From contig CAZXUK010000001.1 in assembly GCA_964644045.1 (NCBI GenBank), forward strand, positions 5,401 to 69,400: a DNA stretch of 64,000 bases. Direction: 5' to 3'. Positions 51,521-60,477 of this stretch are shown piece after piece. The translations under genes and the position numbers were made by a program. The stretch is from an uncultured Gammaproteobacteria bacterium (lineage in GTDB: Bacteria > Patescibacteriota > Patescibacteriia > Patescibacteriales > JAGXOH01). Each line of letters begins with the position of its first letter. Position 1 is the first letter of the stretch. The notes below the pieces were generated by a model, which was not told the origin of the DNA, made no database searches, and saw nothing but the letters and a program-made list of their open reading frames with translations.

Positions 51521-52900
51521 ATGAACAAAATCAAAATTCCTTTTATTATCGGGGGAGAAACAATAAACAGGGAGGAAAATACGGAAAAAATAGATTTCCA
51601 TAAAAAAAGCGTGGAAATAAGCACGCCGGTTTTAACTCCCGAAGATCTGGAAAAGATCAAAAAAACTCAAGAGTACAAAAAATCTCTTCACGACTTAAAC
51701 TCGGAAGAAATTATTTCCTTTTTAACCAAAGCGAAAGAAAAATGGAAAAAAGGAAGCAACCTCCGGGAAGAGGCCGGAAAAAAAATCACTCAGGCCACCG
51801 GTTATTCTCCGGAAATGGTGGATTTCGCCTTGCAACAAATAGAAGACATTTTATCCCGAGACTATCTGGAACTGCTTTTAAAATCGGAACTGGGAAACAA
51901 AGAAATGATGGATTCTTGGGTAGAAAAAGGAGAGGCCTATGTCCATTGCCAACCCGCGGGGACTGTCCTTCATATTCTCTCGGGCAACGCTCCTTTGATC
52001 GGGATCATAAGTTTGCTCCGCGGTCTTTTAACCAAAAACATTAATATTTTGAAAATGTCTTCCGGAGACTTGGTAACTCTTTCTCATTTTATTCAAATCT
52101 TTCAAGAAATAGACCCCGACCACCCCATAACCAAATCAATTTCGGCGGTTTATTGGAAAAGTTCGGGCTTGGAAACCTTGAATCAATTCGTGGAAATTTC
52201 CGACTTACTTTGCGTTTGGGGCGGAGGAGAAGCAGTAGAAACCATAAAAAACAATTCTCAGGGCAAGGAAGTGTTGGAATTCGGCCCCAGAAGAGGAGTT
52301 CAATTGATCGGCAAGGAAGTTTTTCAAAACAAAAACCCGGAATATCTAAAAGGCGTAGCCCGAAAAGGAGCCCATGATCTGGTGGTTTTTGATCAAGAGG
52401 CCTGCTTTTCTCCTCAAGTATGCTTTATTGAAGGGAATTGGGAAGAAGCGAAAAAATACGCCTCCGAACTTAAAAAAGGGTTAGAAGAAGAAAATTCCCG
52501 CCTTCCCAAAGGAGAAAAAAACCTGCAAAGCGTTGCGGCAGTGGAGCACCTAAAGGCCTATTCCACCTTTTTGGGAAATGAGATCCTTGATTCTCCCCAA
52601 AAAGACCATATGATCGTAATAACGGAAAAAGTCAAACACACCAAGTCCCACCCCCTGGGAAGAACTTTATTCATAATTCCGGTTGAAGATTTCTCGGAAG
52701 CTATAAAAGAAATAGGGGAGGAAACCCAAGTAGTGGCGATTGAACCTTTTTCCCGGGCCTACGAATTAAGGGAAGAACTCACTTTGAACGGAGTGGACAG
52801 AATAACCCATTTGGGGAAAATGCCTTATTTCGCAGCCGGCGCTCCCCATGAAGGGATCTATCCCTTGTCCCGAATGGTAAGATGGGTAAAAAGCAGATAA
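51521..52900 (+). CDS. LuxC-like acyl-CoA reductase (ALDH superfamily)
   Basis: HILSGNAPLIG..SLLRGLLTKN..ILK.SS.D segment, about 460 aa, adjacent to the LuxE-like gene. Confidence 0.55.
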   Translation: MNKIKIPFIIGGETINREENTEKIDFHKKSVEISTPVLTPEDLEKIKKTQEYKKSLHDLNSEEIISFLTKAKEKWKKGSNLREEAGKKITQATGYSPEMVDFALQQIEDILSRDYLELLLKSELGNKEMMDSWVEKGEAYVHCQPAGTVLHILSGNAPLIGIISLLRGLLTKNINILKMSSGDLVTLSHFIQIFQEIDPDHPITKSISAVYWKSSGLETLNQFVEISDLLCVWGGGEAVETIKNNSQGKEVLEFGPRRGVQLIGKEVFQNKNPEYLKGVARKGAHDLVVFDQEACFSPQVCFIEGNWEEAKKYASELKKGLEEENSRLPKGEKNLQSVAAVEHLKAYSTFLGNEILDSPQKDHMIVITEKVKHTKSHPLGRTLFIIPVEDFSEAIKEIGEETQVVAIEPFSRAYELREELTLNGVDRITHLGKMPYFAAGAPHEGIYPLSRMVRWVKSR

Positions 52901-52925
52901 ATTCCTAAATAAAAACTTTGTTTTT

Positions 52926-52955
52926 AAAAACCCCTGCTTGTCAGGGGTTTTGTTT
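52926..52955. terminator. bidirectional intrinsic terminator
   Basis: AAAAACCCCTG-cttgt-CAGGGGTTTTGTTTT. Confidence 0.7.
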
Positions 52956-53374
52956 TAGAAAAAAATTTCTAATTCACTTTTTTTAATAATTTGAAATAAG
53001 TCGGGAAAAAGATTCAGTAAATCCTGAAAAACTTTTTCCCCCAAAAAGGAACTTTTGCGTCTCCACATAATTGACTGGGCCACTTTTTCTTTAGAAACCT
53101 GACAAAAAAACCAAAGATTAAAAGACAGGGATAAAAACAAAGAAAAAGAAAGAAAAACCCCGAAAAAAGACTCAAACAGAGGAGACCCTAAAAAACACAG
53201 AAAAAAACAAGCAAACAAAAACATTAAAACATTAAGTAAAGCAATCGGGTTTCTGCTTGAAAAATAAAGTAAAGAAAATAACTCCAAATAATCATAGGCC
53301 AATTTTTTTTCTTCCCGGGAAGAAAAAAATTTCTCAATCTTTCTCATCTTCTCACTTGTTTTAACAGGGTCCAT
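52955..53374 (-). CDS. hypothetical membrane protein
   Basis: 139-aa ORF with 2 hydrophobic helices and no recognisable motif. Confidence 0.35.
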   Translation of the reverse strand: MDPVKTSEKMRKIEKFFSSREEKKLAYDYLELFSLLYFSSRNPIALLNVLMFLFACFFLCFLGSPLFESFFGVFLSFSLFLSLSFNLWFFCQVSKEKVAQSIMWRRKSSFLGEKVFQDLLNLFPDLFQIIKKSELEIFF

Positions 53375-53463
53375 TTGACCTCCTTAAATTAAACAATAAA
53401 GAACAATAACAATCAACCAATTTTTATTTTATCTATTTCCTATATTTGGTCAATAAAAACCTA

Positions 53464-53557
53464 TGGCGGTGGGACTGGGATTTGAACCCAGGGTCCGTCT
53501 AAAAACGGACACCGCATTTCGAGTGCGGCGCATTAAACCAAGCTCTGCCACCCCACC
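53464..53557 (-). tRNA. tRNA-Ser(CGA), CCA encoded
   Basis: Reverse strand: GGTGGGG...GCCGCA-CTCGAAA-TGCGGT, long variable arm GTCCGTTTTTAGACGGAC, T-arm CTGGGTTCAAATCCCAG, CCCACC-G-CCA. Confidence 0.85.
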
Positions 53558-53576
53558 TTAAAAAACATATCTTTCC

Positions 53577-54275
53577 TTAGTTGTTTTTAACAAAATCTTT
53601 TTTTAAATATTCCCAGTCTCCTTCTTTTAATCTTCCCAGTTTTATTTGGCCGACCCTAATTCTTTTTAAATCTACCACTTCAAGGCCCAAAGCGGCAAAC
53701 ATGCGCCTGATCTGCCTTTTTTTTCCTTGAGTCAAGGTTATTTTAAAGTTATCATTACCTGCAAACTGAACATTTTTTGCTCTTACCACCCCATTCTCTC
53801 GGCCAATATCTATTCCTTTTAAAAACTCTTTTTTTATTTTATCTTTCTCTTTTTCCGCGCCAAACTTTAATTTAACACAATATTCTTTTTCCTTGGCAAA
53901 AGAAGGATGTGTAATTTCTTGAACCCAATCTCCGTCATTACTTAAAAAAACCAGGCCACGACTGTCTTTATCCAACCTTCCGGCTATTAAAAGTCTCTTT
54001 TTCTCTTTAATTAAAGAAAAAATGTTTTTTTCCTTGCTAAAACTTCTATTGGTGCAGGTATATCCGGGCGGCTTATTGAGTTTAATATAAACTTTGTCCA
54101 AATCCCGAGAAAGCCTCCGGCCGGACACTTTAACTTTATCTTCACTCCAAACCCGCTGTCCCAAATCAGCTCTTTTACCATTAAGCCAAACTTTTCCTTC
54201 TTTAATAAGTTTTTCCGCCTGACGGCGAGAGCAATAGCCTGTGCGGGCAATATATTTTTGTAAGACTTCTCCCAT
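53577..54275 (-). CDS. rRNA pseudouridine synthase (RsuA/RluB family) with an S4 domain
   Basis: LQKYIARTGYCSRRQAEKLIKEGKV.LNG (S4), GRLDKDSRGL, GKKRQIRRM. Confidence 0.85.
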   Translation of the reverse strand: MGEVLQKYIARTGYCSRRQAEKLIKEGKVWLNGKRADLGQRVWSEDKVKVSGRRLSRDLDKVYIKLNKPPGYTCTNRSFSKEKNIFSLIKEKKRLLIAGRLDKDSRGLVFLSNDGDWVQEITHPSFAKEKEYCVKLKFGAEKEKDKIKKEFLKGIDIGRENGVVRAKNVQFAGNDNFKITLTQGKKRQIRRMFAALGLEVVDLKRIRVGQIKLGRLKEGDWEYLKKDFVKNN

Positions 54276-54367
54276 TGGTTAAATAAAACCGTTTAAAAAT
54301 TGAGGTAATAAAAACAAATACTATTCAAAAAAATAATTAAAAAATTTATAAACTCCAAAAACTTAAA

Positions 54368-55786
54368 CTAATTTTTTTTATCCGGTTTATATTTAATCTT
54401 TAAACTTATCATACTTATCAAGCCGGCCAAAACCCAAAAAGCAACCGCTAAATCGTTTTTAAAATAAGGAACATCAACCAAGCCGTGCACCAAAATAACC
54501 ACCAGCGCCCCTCCCAGGCCCAGGGATAAATATTTGTCTTCAGCATCCCCGTTTTCAATATTTCTCCGGCTTACAGCCAAGAGCTTGATGATTATCCAGG
54601 CAAACAAAAGCACTCCCGCAAGACCCAGCTCGGTCCAAAAATTAAGAAAAATATTATGAGGATAAAGATAAATTTCTACCGGTTGCCAATATTCGGACTT
54701 GTACTCTTGGTCAAAAAGCAAAAGCTTAGTGCGGAAAAGAGGGTCTTTGTCTCGGTTATAAAAAATTCCTTCCTGATGATAAGGGGCTACTTTTTTCTGA
54801 TAAGTTGCCAGGCCCGCTCCCAAGAAAAAAGTTTTTTTATCCTGACTTAGCATCTCCCAAGTCTCCCTCCATTGCTGTTTGCGTATCTCTCCGGACAAAT
54901 CATTTAAGGTCGCCTTCTGTGTCACCCAGAGGCGCGGAGCCGGAAAAAAGATCAAAAAAAGCAAGGCCGCCGCCACCGCTCCGTAAACCAACCCTCTAAA
55001 TCGTCCTCCTTGAAACCAAAAAAATATTAAACCGGAAACGGCCAAAGCTATTAAAGCCCCTTCAGAGCGGGCAAAATAAATCGCTCCCAGCCCGAGAATT
55101 ATGGTTAAAAACAAAAAAAACACTTTGGATAAAAATTTTTTAAGATCATCTTTTCTTTTTTTAAACTCTACGCAAATCTGGCCCCAAAAAACAATCAACA
55201 AAGGAGCCAAAAAAAGAGCCAGAGCATTGGGGTAAGGAAAAACCGAGGTAGCTCTTCGAGTAACTTCCGCCTGCCAAAATTCATTTCCGATTCCCCAGCC
55301 GGTAAATTTTTGCACCCAGGCATAAATCGCCAAAAGAAAAGAGGAAAAAGCGAGGCCGTAAATAATCTTTTGATAATCTTTTTTTAGTTGAAAATTGTTT
55401 AAGATCAAAATAAACACCAAAAGCGGCTCCAAGAAATAGGCCTTCCAAACCCCCAGAGCGGAATCACTAAATCCGGCCACAGCCACGGATAAAAGGGAGA
55501 CCAAAAGCAAAAAAACTATTTCTTTGCTCAAAGGATAGCTTATAGTCCCGCTTTTACCTTTAAAAGTGTTAACCAAGTTATCTTTTATCTGTTTTCTTTT
55601 TTTCACAATCCAAACTAAAAAAGCGATCCAGATCATTGCTTCCAAAAGAGTAAAAGGCACCATCCCCAAATTAAACCTGATCAAATAAGCGGGCAAAGCA
55701 AAAATTAAAAACAAAACCGCCCAATCCGGTCTTTTATAAGCCAAAACTCCGAATCCCAAACAAAAAAATAAAATTACCCAATTCAT
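54368..55786 (-). CDS. O-antigen ligase/polymerase (Wzy_C) family membrane protein
   Basis: About 12 TM helices with a central extracytoplasmic loop (RATSVFPYPNALA...). Confidence 0.6.
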   Translation of the reverse strand: MNWVILFFCLGFGVLAYKRPDWAVLFLIFALPAYLIRFNLGMVPFTLLEAMIWIAFLVWIVKKRKQIKDNLVNTFKGKSGTISYPLSKEIVFLLLVSLLSVAVAGFSDSALGVWKAYFLEPLLVFILILNNFQLKKDYQKIIYGLAFSSFLLAIYAWVQKFTGWGIGNEFWQAEVTRRATSVFPYPNALALFLAPLLIVFWGQICVEFKKRKDDLKKFLSKVFFLFLTIILGLGAIYFARSEGALIALAVSGLIFFWFQGGRFRGLVYGAVAAALLFLIFFPAPRLWVTQKATLNDLSGEIRKQQWRETWEMLSQDKKTFFLGAGLATYQKKVAPYHQEGIFYNRDKDPLFRTKLLLFDQEYKSEYWQPVEIYLYPHNIFLNFWTELGLAGVLLFAWIIIKLLAVSRRNIENGDAEDKYLSLGLGGALVVILVHGLVDVPYFKNDLAVAFWVLAGLISMISLKIKYKPDKKN

Positions 55787-55801
55787 AAAAACAAATAAGA
55801 A

Positions 55802-56770
55802 TTAAAGCGTTACCAGCATATATAAACCGGTGGCGATCAAACAAGTTCCCAAAATTTTTTGAAGAAAAACCCCTCCTCTAAGCTCCTCTTTTAAGGCTTC
55901 CGGAAACTTAGCAGATAAAAGAAAAACGATCAACAAAAGAAAAAAATACTGAACACCTTTTAAAGAATTTATTAAAGCCACATTACCCATACTAATGGCC
56001 CAATTTAACAAAATAAAAGCTCCGGCCGCGACCAAACGAACCGATAAAAAAAATGGGAGGTTTTGGGGCGAACGTCCATGCTTTTGTTTATCTTTAATAT
56101 CCTTTCTCCATCTGGGCACAAACAAAATTAACAAAACTCCCAAGAAACTGCCCAGCCGAGACCAGACAAAGCCACCGATAAAAGGTTGGGTGGTATAAAT
56201 ATATTTGATTAAAATATAATAAGAGGCGAACAAAAAAGCGGCAAAAGTAGAGTTTAAAACCAATCTGCGGGAAGGGCGGTAACGGGCGTGAATTCCTCCC
56301 AAGACCCCGCCGAAAACATTCTTAATGCTTTCCTTGATCTCTCTTAAAACATAAAAGCGGGTCTCTTTAACCGAAATTAAAACCCCTCCAATAATCAAAT
56401 TTATAAAAGCCAAAAGTTCCCTTTCTCCCAGGGTGTGACCTAAAAAAATAAAAGATAAAACAAAGCTGAAGATCGGGATCAAGGCGCCCACGATCGGAAC
56501 CACTCGGGTGGCCTCGCTCTGATGTAAGGCCTTATACCAAAAAACCAGGGTTACCAAGAACAAAAAACCGGCCAGCAGATCCAAGCCCAACTCCATGGCA
56601 CCCGGCACCCAGGGATCAAAAACCAAAATAATAAAATTAAAAATGCTCCAAATACCCACAAAAAAAGCGTAAGTCATAGAAGAGTGGAATTTTTTGGAAA
56701 GCAAAAATTTATCGGCGGTATAAACACCGGCACTAATAAAATAAGATAAAATAGCTACTACCAACCACAT
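55802..56770 (-). CDS. polytopic membrane protein, possibly DMT/EamA-like
   Basis: About 10 TM helices in two similar halves. Confidence 0.4.
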   Translation of the reverse strand: MWLVVAILSYFISAGVYTADKFLLSKKFHSSMTYAFFVGIWSIFNFIILVFDPWVPGAMELGLDLLAGFLFLVTLVFWYKALHQSEATRVVPIVGALIPIFSFVLSFIFLGHTLGERELLAFINLIIGGVLISVKETRFYVLREIKESIKNVFGGVLGGIHARYRPSRRLVLNSTFAAFLFASYYILIKYIYTTQPFIGGFVWSRLGSFLGVLLILFVPRWRKDIKDKQKHGRSPQNLPFFLSVRLVAAGAFILLNWAISMGNVALINSLKGVQYFFLLLIVFLLSAKFPEALKEELRGGVFLQKILGTCLIATGLYMLVTL

Positions 56771-56779
56771 AATTTAAAA

Positions 56780-58021
56780 TTAGTTTAATTTCAACTCATT
56801 ATCCCGACAAACTTGAGAATAAAAAAAAGCGCTGGGACGGGGGCTGCGCTCAAAAGTCTCCCTGTCCACCTTATATAAACCGAACTTGGGCTCCCAGCCC
56901 TCTGCCCATTCAAAATTATCCAGGAGAGACCAATAAAAATAACCGCGAACATCCGCGCCTTCGGATATGGCCTTATGAACATAAAAAAGATGATCCTTGA
57001 TAAAATCACGGCGATGTTTATCTTCCGAGTCAGCTAAACCGTTTTCCAAAATTATAATCGGTTTTTGATATTCAGCTAAATATTTCAAAACTCTATAAAT
57101 TCCTCGGGGATATATCTCCCAGCCCATGTCGGTTACTTCTTTGTTTTTATTTTTCTTAAAAGGGGGATACCACACCATTCGATCATGAAAATAATAATCC
57201 AGGCCTATAAAATCCAAATGATTTTTAAGCCGACGCAACAACCTTTCATTCCAAAAATAATGAGCAATTCCGGCAACAATCCTGTCTAAAAAACAAAGTC
57301 TCCGGGCCGGCTCAAAATCATTGGTCAACTTGGTAATACTCACCTGTGCTCGGGGGTTTTTGCGGTGAAGTATCTTATAGCTCTCTTTGTGCGCCCGGAC
57401 CAAATTCTTAAAAACTTGATTAGCTTGGAGTATTTTTTTTCTGTTTGGAGGAAACTTTCCGTTTACATATCCGTTGGCCACATGAACCATGGGTTCATTC
57501 AAGGTTATCCAATAATCAACCAAGTCCCCCAATTCCTCCGCGATCTTTTCGGTGTATTGAGAAAAAAAATTAACTATTTCTTTGTTGGCCCACCCCCCGC
57601 TATCTCTCACCCACAAAGGGTTGGTCCAATGCCACAAAGTAACCACTGTTTTTATGTTTCTTTTCTTAAGCTCCTTAAATATTTCTCTATAACGGTTTAT
57701 TTCCTTATCCGCCCATTCTCCTTTTCGGGGCTCTATCCGCGCCCATTCCAAGCCCAAACGATAACTGTTGCAATTTAATTCTTCCACTAAAGAAATATCT
57801 TCCCGCCAACGATTATAAGAATCGCAAGCCCGGCCACAGATATATTTTTGCGTCTCTTTATTTTCAGCTTTTAACCGTTCCATTCTTTCCGCGCTCTTTT
57901 CCCATTCGCTCCAATCATTAATAACTCCTCCTTCAATTTGATAAGCGGAAGTGGAAACCCCCCAAAGAAAACCTCGGGGAAAAGAAATTTTTTTTAACCG
58001 GGCTGAATTATTCTTGTTCAT
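56780..58021 (-). CDS. glycoside hydrolase family 1 (beta-glucosidase-like)
   Basis: FLWGVSTSAYQIEGG, TLNEP (acid/base) and ILENG (nucleophile). Confidence 0.9.
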   Translation of the reverse strand: MNKNNSARLKKISFPRGFLWGVSTSAYQIEGGVINDWSEWEKSAERMERLKAENKETQKYICGRACDSYNRWREDISLVEELNCNSYRLGLEWARIEPRKGEWADKEINRYREIFKELKKRNIKTVVTLWHWTNPLWVRDSGGWANKEIVNFFSQYTEKIAEELGDLVDYWITLNEPMVHVANGYVNGKFPPNRKKILQANQVFKNLVRAHKESYKILHRKNPRAQVSITKLTNDFEPARRLCFLDRIVAGIAHYFWNERLLRRLKNHLDFIGLDYYFHDRMVWYPPFKKNKNKEVTDMGWEIYPRGIYRVLKYLAEYQKPIIILENGLADSEDKHRRDFIKDHLFYVHKAISEGADVRGYFYWSLLDNFEWAEGWEPKFGLYKVDRETFERSPRPSAFFYSQVCRDNELKLN

Positions 58022-58571
58022 ACTCTTTGTCTTCTTTTTTTTGTCTCTGCCTGTCCTTTTGGATCAATTCAATTACCACATCCTTGATCTCATCCGGGTG
58101 CGGCACCTGTTCAAAATGAAAATTCCTTTTGGTTCCGGCTGTCTGAACATACACGCTCCCGTATTTTAAAATAGTGGGGAAAACCCCTTGTACCTCGCTG
58201 GTCACATCCTGAATCCGAAAAAGCTTATGTTCGGAAACCCGGCGGGCAAAAAACCCCTCTTGTTCTATATCAATAATACGGCGATTGGTCACTATCCAAA
58301 CATCCAAATAATAATCAATAAAGGTAAAAAAGAAAAAAAGCCAAATAAACAAATAATAAGCGCTAAGCCCCAAGACTATCAGGGGATAAGAAAGCTCCCC
58401 GGTCTTAAGAGAAGGATAAAAAGAAAAAGACATCCCCAGCACTCCCGCCGGTAAAACGAATAAAAGCAAAAAAAACAATACTTTTCTAAAAAGCACGAAC
58501 ATGTCCCGGCGCACATTTTTGACCACCTTTTCTCCGGGAAGTTGATTGGGAAGTTTAATTTTAGAAAACAT
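58008..58571 (-). CDS. membrane protein with a bacterial PH domain (bPH_2/YdbT-like)
   Basis: Two TM helices followed by WIVTNRRIIDIEQ...RIQDV... Confidence 0.65.
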   Translation of the reverse strand: MFSKIKLPNQLPGEKVVKNVRRDMFVLFRKVLFFLLLFVLPAGVLGMSFSFYPSLKTGELSYPLIVLGLSAYYLFIWLFFFFTFIDYYLDVWIVTNRRIIDIEQEGFFARRVSEHKLFRIQDVTSEVQGVFPTILKYGSVYVQTAGTKRNFHFEQVPHPDEIKDVVIELIQKDRQRQKKEDKEYEQE

Positions 58572-58590
58572 GGATATTCAATTTTATTTT

Positions 58591-58845
58591 TTAATAAGGC
58601 GAAGAAGAATCAAACACCTCGGAAAAAACAGTAACTTTTTTGTCCCAATTTATTTCATTGATATGATTATAAGAAAACAGGAGTATAAAACCGGAAACCC
58701 CCAAAAAAATTAAAATTATAAAAAAACTGATCAAATTTTTATAACTGTAACGAAACATATGATAAAGGGCGATAAAGACAAAAATCGCCCAAAAAAATAA
58801 AAACCCCCAATAAATATAAAGGAAAATAATTAAAGGAATAACCAT
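58591..58845 (-). CDS. small hypothetical membrane protein
   Basis: 84 aa with 2 hydrophobic helices. Confidence 0.35.
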   Translation of the reverse strand: MVIPLIIFLYIYWGFLFFWAIFVFIALYHMFRYSYKNLISFFIILIFLGVSGFILLFSYNHINEINWDKKVTVFSEVFDSSSPY

Positions 58846-59012
58846 AAAAACATATTTAATTCTTATTTTATTTTAACATAAAAAAAACATAAAACCAAAC
58901 AAAAAATTTTTTTAAAATTTACTTGTTTTTTTGATTCTGCTATATTAAAAAAAACACTTAACTCCGCTAAGACGGCAAATACAACCGACTTTTAGCGGTT
59001 TTTTAATCAATA

Positions 59013-59714
59013 ATGAACAAATCTATGAAATCTAAAAAAAAGATGGTAATTTCTTTGGGTGGTTCCTTAATAGTCCCCGCCAAAGGAATTGATTGGGAAT
59101 TCTTAAAAAAATTTCGCAAATTAATTTTAGAACAAATCAAAAAAAACAAAATAATTTTTTTAATTGCCGGCGGAGGAGATACTTGTCGCAAATATAACCG
59201 GGCAGCTCAAAAAGTAATAAAAATAGATCCGGAAGACTTGGACTGGCTGGGCATACACTCCAGCCGGCTTAATGCCCACCTTATCCGCACCATATTCCGG
59301 GATGTGGCCCATCCGGAAATCATAAAAAACCCCACCATCCATTTACCCATTCAGGAAAAGGTAATAGTGGGAGGCGGATGGAAACCGGGCTGGTCAACTG
59401 ATTATGTGGCCACCTTGGTGGCCCAGGAATATGAAGTTAAAACGGTTATAAACCTCTCCAATGTTGATTATGCCTACTGGCAGGATCCGAAAAAAAACAA
59501 AAACGCCCAAGCCATAACCGAAACCGACTGGCCCTCTTTCCGAAAAATAGTGGGAAATAAATGGAAACCGGGATTAAGCGCTCCCTTTGATCCTATTGCT
59601 TCGCAAAAAGCCCAACAATTGGGATTAGAGGTGATTATTGCCAATGGAAAAAAATTGACCAATTTAAAAAAGATACTAAACGGACAAAAATTCCGAGGAA
59701 CTGTAATAAAATAA
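59013..59714 (+). CDS. pyrH: UMP kinase (short, archaeal-like type)
   Basis: VISLGGSLI, IAGGGDTCR.Y, amino-acid kinase fold, about 225 aa. Confidence 0.7.
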   Translation: MNKSMKSKKKMVISLGGSLIVPAKGIDWEFLKKFRKLILEQIKKNKIIFLIAGGGDTCRKYNRAAQKVIKIDPEDLDWLGIHSSRLNAHLIRTIFRDVAHPEIIKNPTIHLPIQEKVIVGGGWKPGWSTDYVATLVAQEYEVKTVINLSNVDYAYWQDPKKNKNAQAITETDWPSFRKIVGNKWKPGLSAPFDPIASQKAQQLGLEVIIANGKKLTNLKKILNGQKFRGTVIK

Positions 59715-59885
59715 CCAAAAATTCGTATTATTATTATAGAAAAATAAAACAAAAAATATGAATTCTTTATTTTTAAGAAAATTAATTCCGGCAGGCAAAG
59801 CCATGATTAACACCTGTGGTGTTTTTCACGCGCTTTTTTTCTCCGGCTGGGATAATTTTCTTAAAAATTTATATACCTCCTAAAA

Positions 59886-59920
59886 ATTATCCTTGCCGGG
59901 CAGGCAAGGATAATTTATTT
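59886..59920 (+). terminator. intrinsic terminator located inside the leader of the GNAT gene
   Basis: ATTATCCTTGCC-gggca-GGCAAGGATAAT (12-bp perfect stem) followed by TTATTT. The GNAT RBS AGGAGG lies about 20 nt further on. Confidence 0.6.
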
Positions 59921-59946
59921 GAACCTTTAAAATTTTAGGAGGAAAA

Positions 59947-60477
59947 ATGGAAAAAATCGTATTTTATTCCGGAAAAAAGCTGGACTTCTGCGTTCTGGAC
60001 AAAGAAAGACACTTGGCCAATTGTCTAAAATGGATAAACAGCCAAGAAATAAACAAATTTCTCTTAGCCGGCTACTTTCCCTTAAGCCCGGCTGAAGAAG
60101 AAAAATGGTTTGACAATCACGGTCAAGACAATAAAAATATTGTCTTTGCTCTGGAAACCAAGGAAAACAAGCATATTGGCAACATTGGTCTTCACAAAAT
60201 TGACTGGATTGCCGGGACCGCGGAAATGGGAATTGTGATCGGAGAAAAAGAAGAATGGAGAAAGGGTTATGGAAGTTCGGCTGAAGCCATGATGCTTACC
60301 TATGCTTTCCGGCAAATCAACCTAAGGAAAGTTTATGGAAAAATCATGGCTCCCAACACAGCCAGCCTCAAAGCCGCTCAAAAAAACGGAGCCCAAGAAG
60401 AAGGAAGATTAAAAAAACACCTCTTCTGCGACGGCGCTTTCCAAGATGTAATTTTAATGTCTTTTTTTAAAGACTAA
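59947..60477 (+). CDS. GNAT family N-acetyltransferase (RimJ/RimL-like)
   Basis: IGNIGLHKIDW....AE.GIVIGEKEEWRKGYGSEA... Confidence 0.8.
   Translation: MEKIVFYSGKKLDFCVLDKERHLANCLKWINSQEINKFLLAGYFPLSPAEEEKWFDNHGQDNKNIVFALETKENKHIGNIGLHKIDWIAGTAEMGIVIGEKEEWRKGYGSSAEAMMLTYAFRQINLRKVYGKIMAPNTASLKAAQKNGAQEEGRLKKHLFCDGAFQDVILMSFFKD

Noticed and set aside
59758-59883. 41-codon ORF as a stand-alone protein gene
   Set aside because: It has no RBS and no recognisable family. I keep it only as a possible leader peptide in the attenuator hypothesis.
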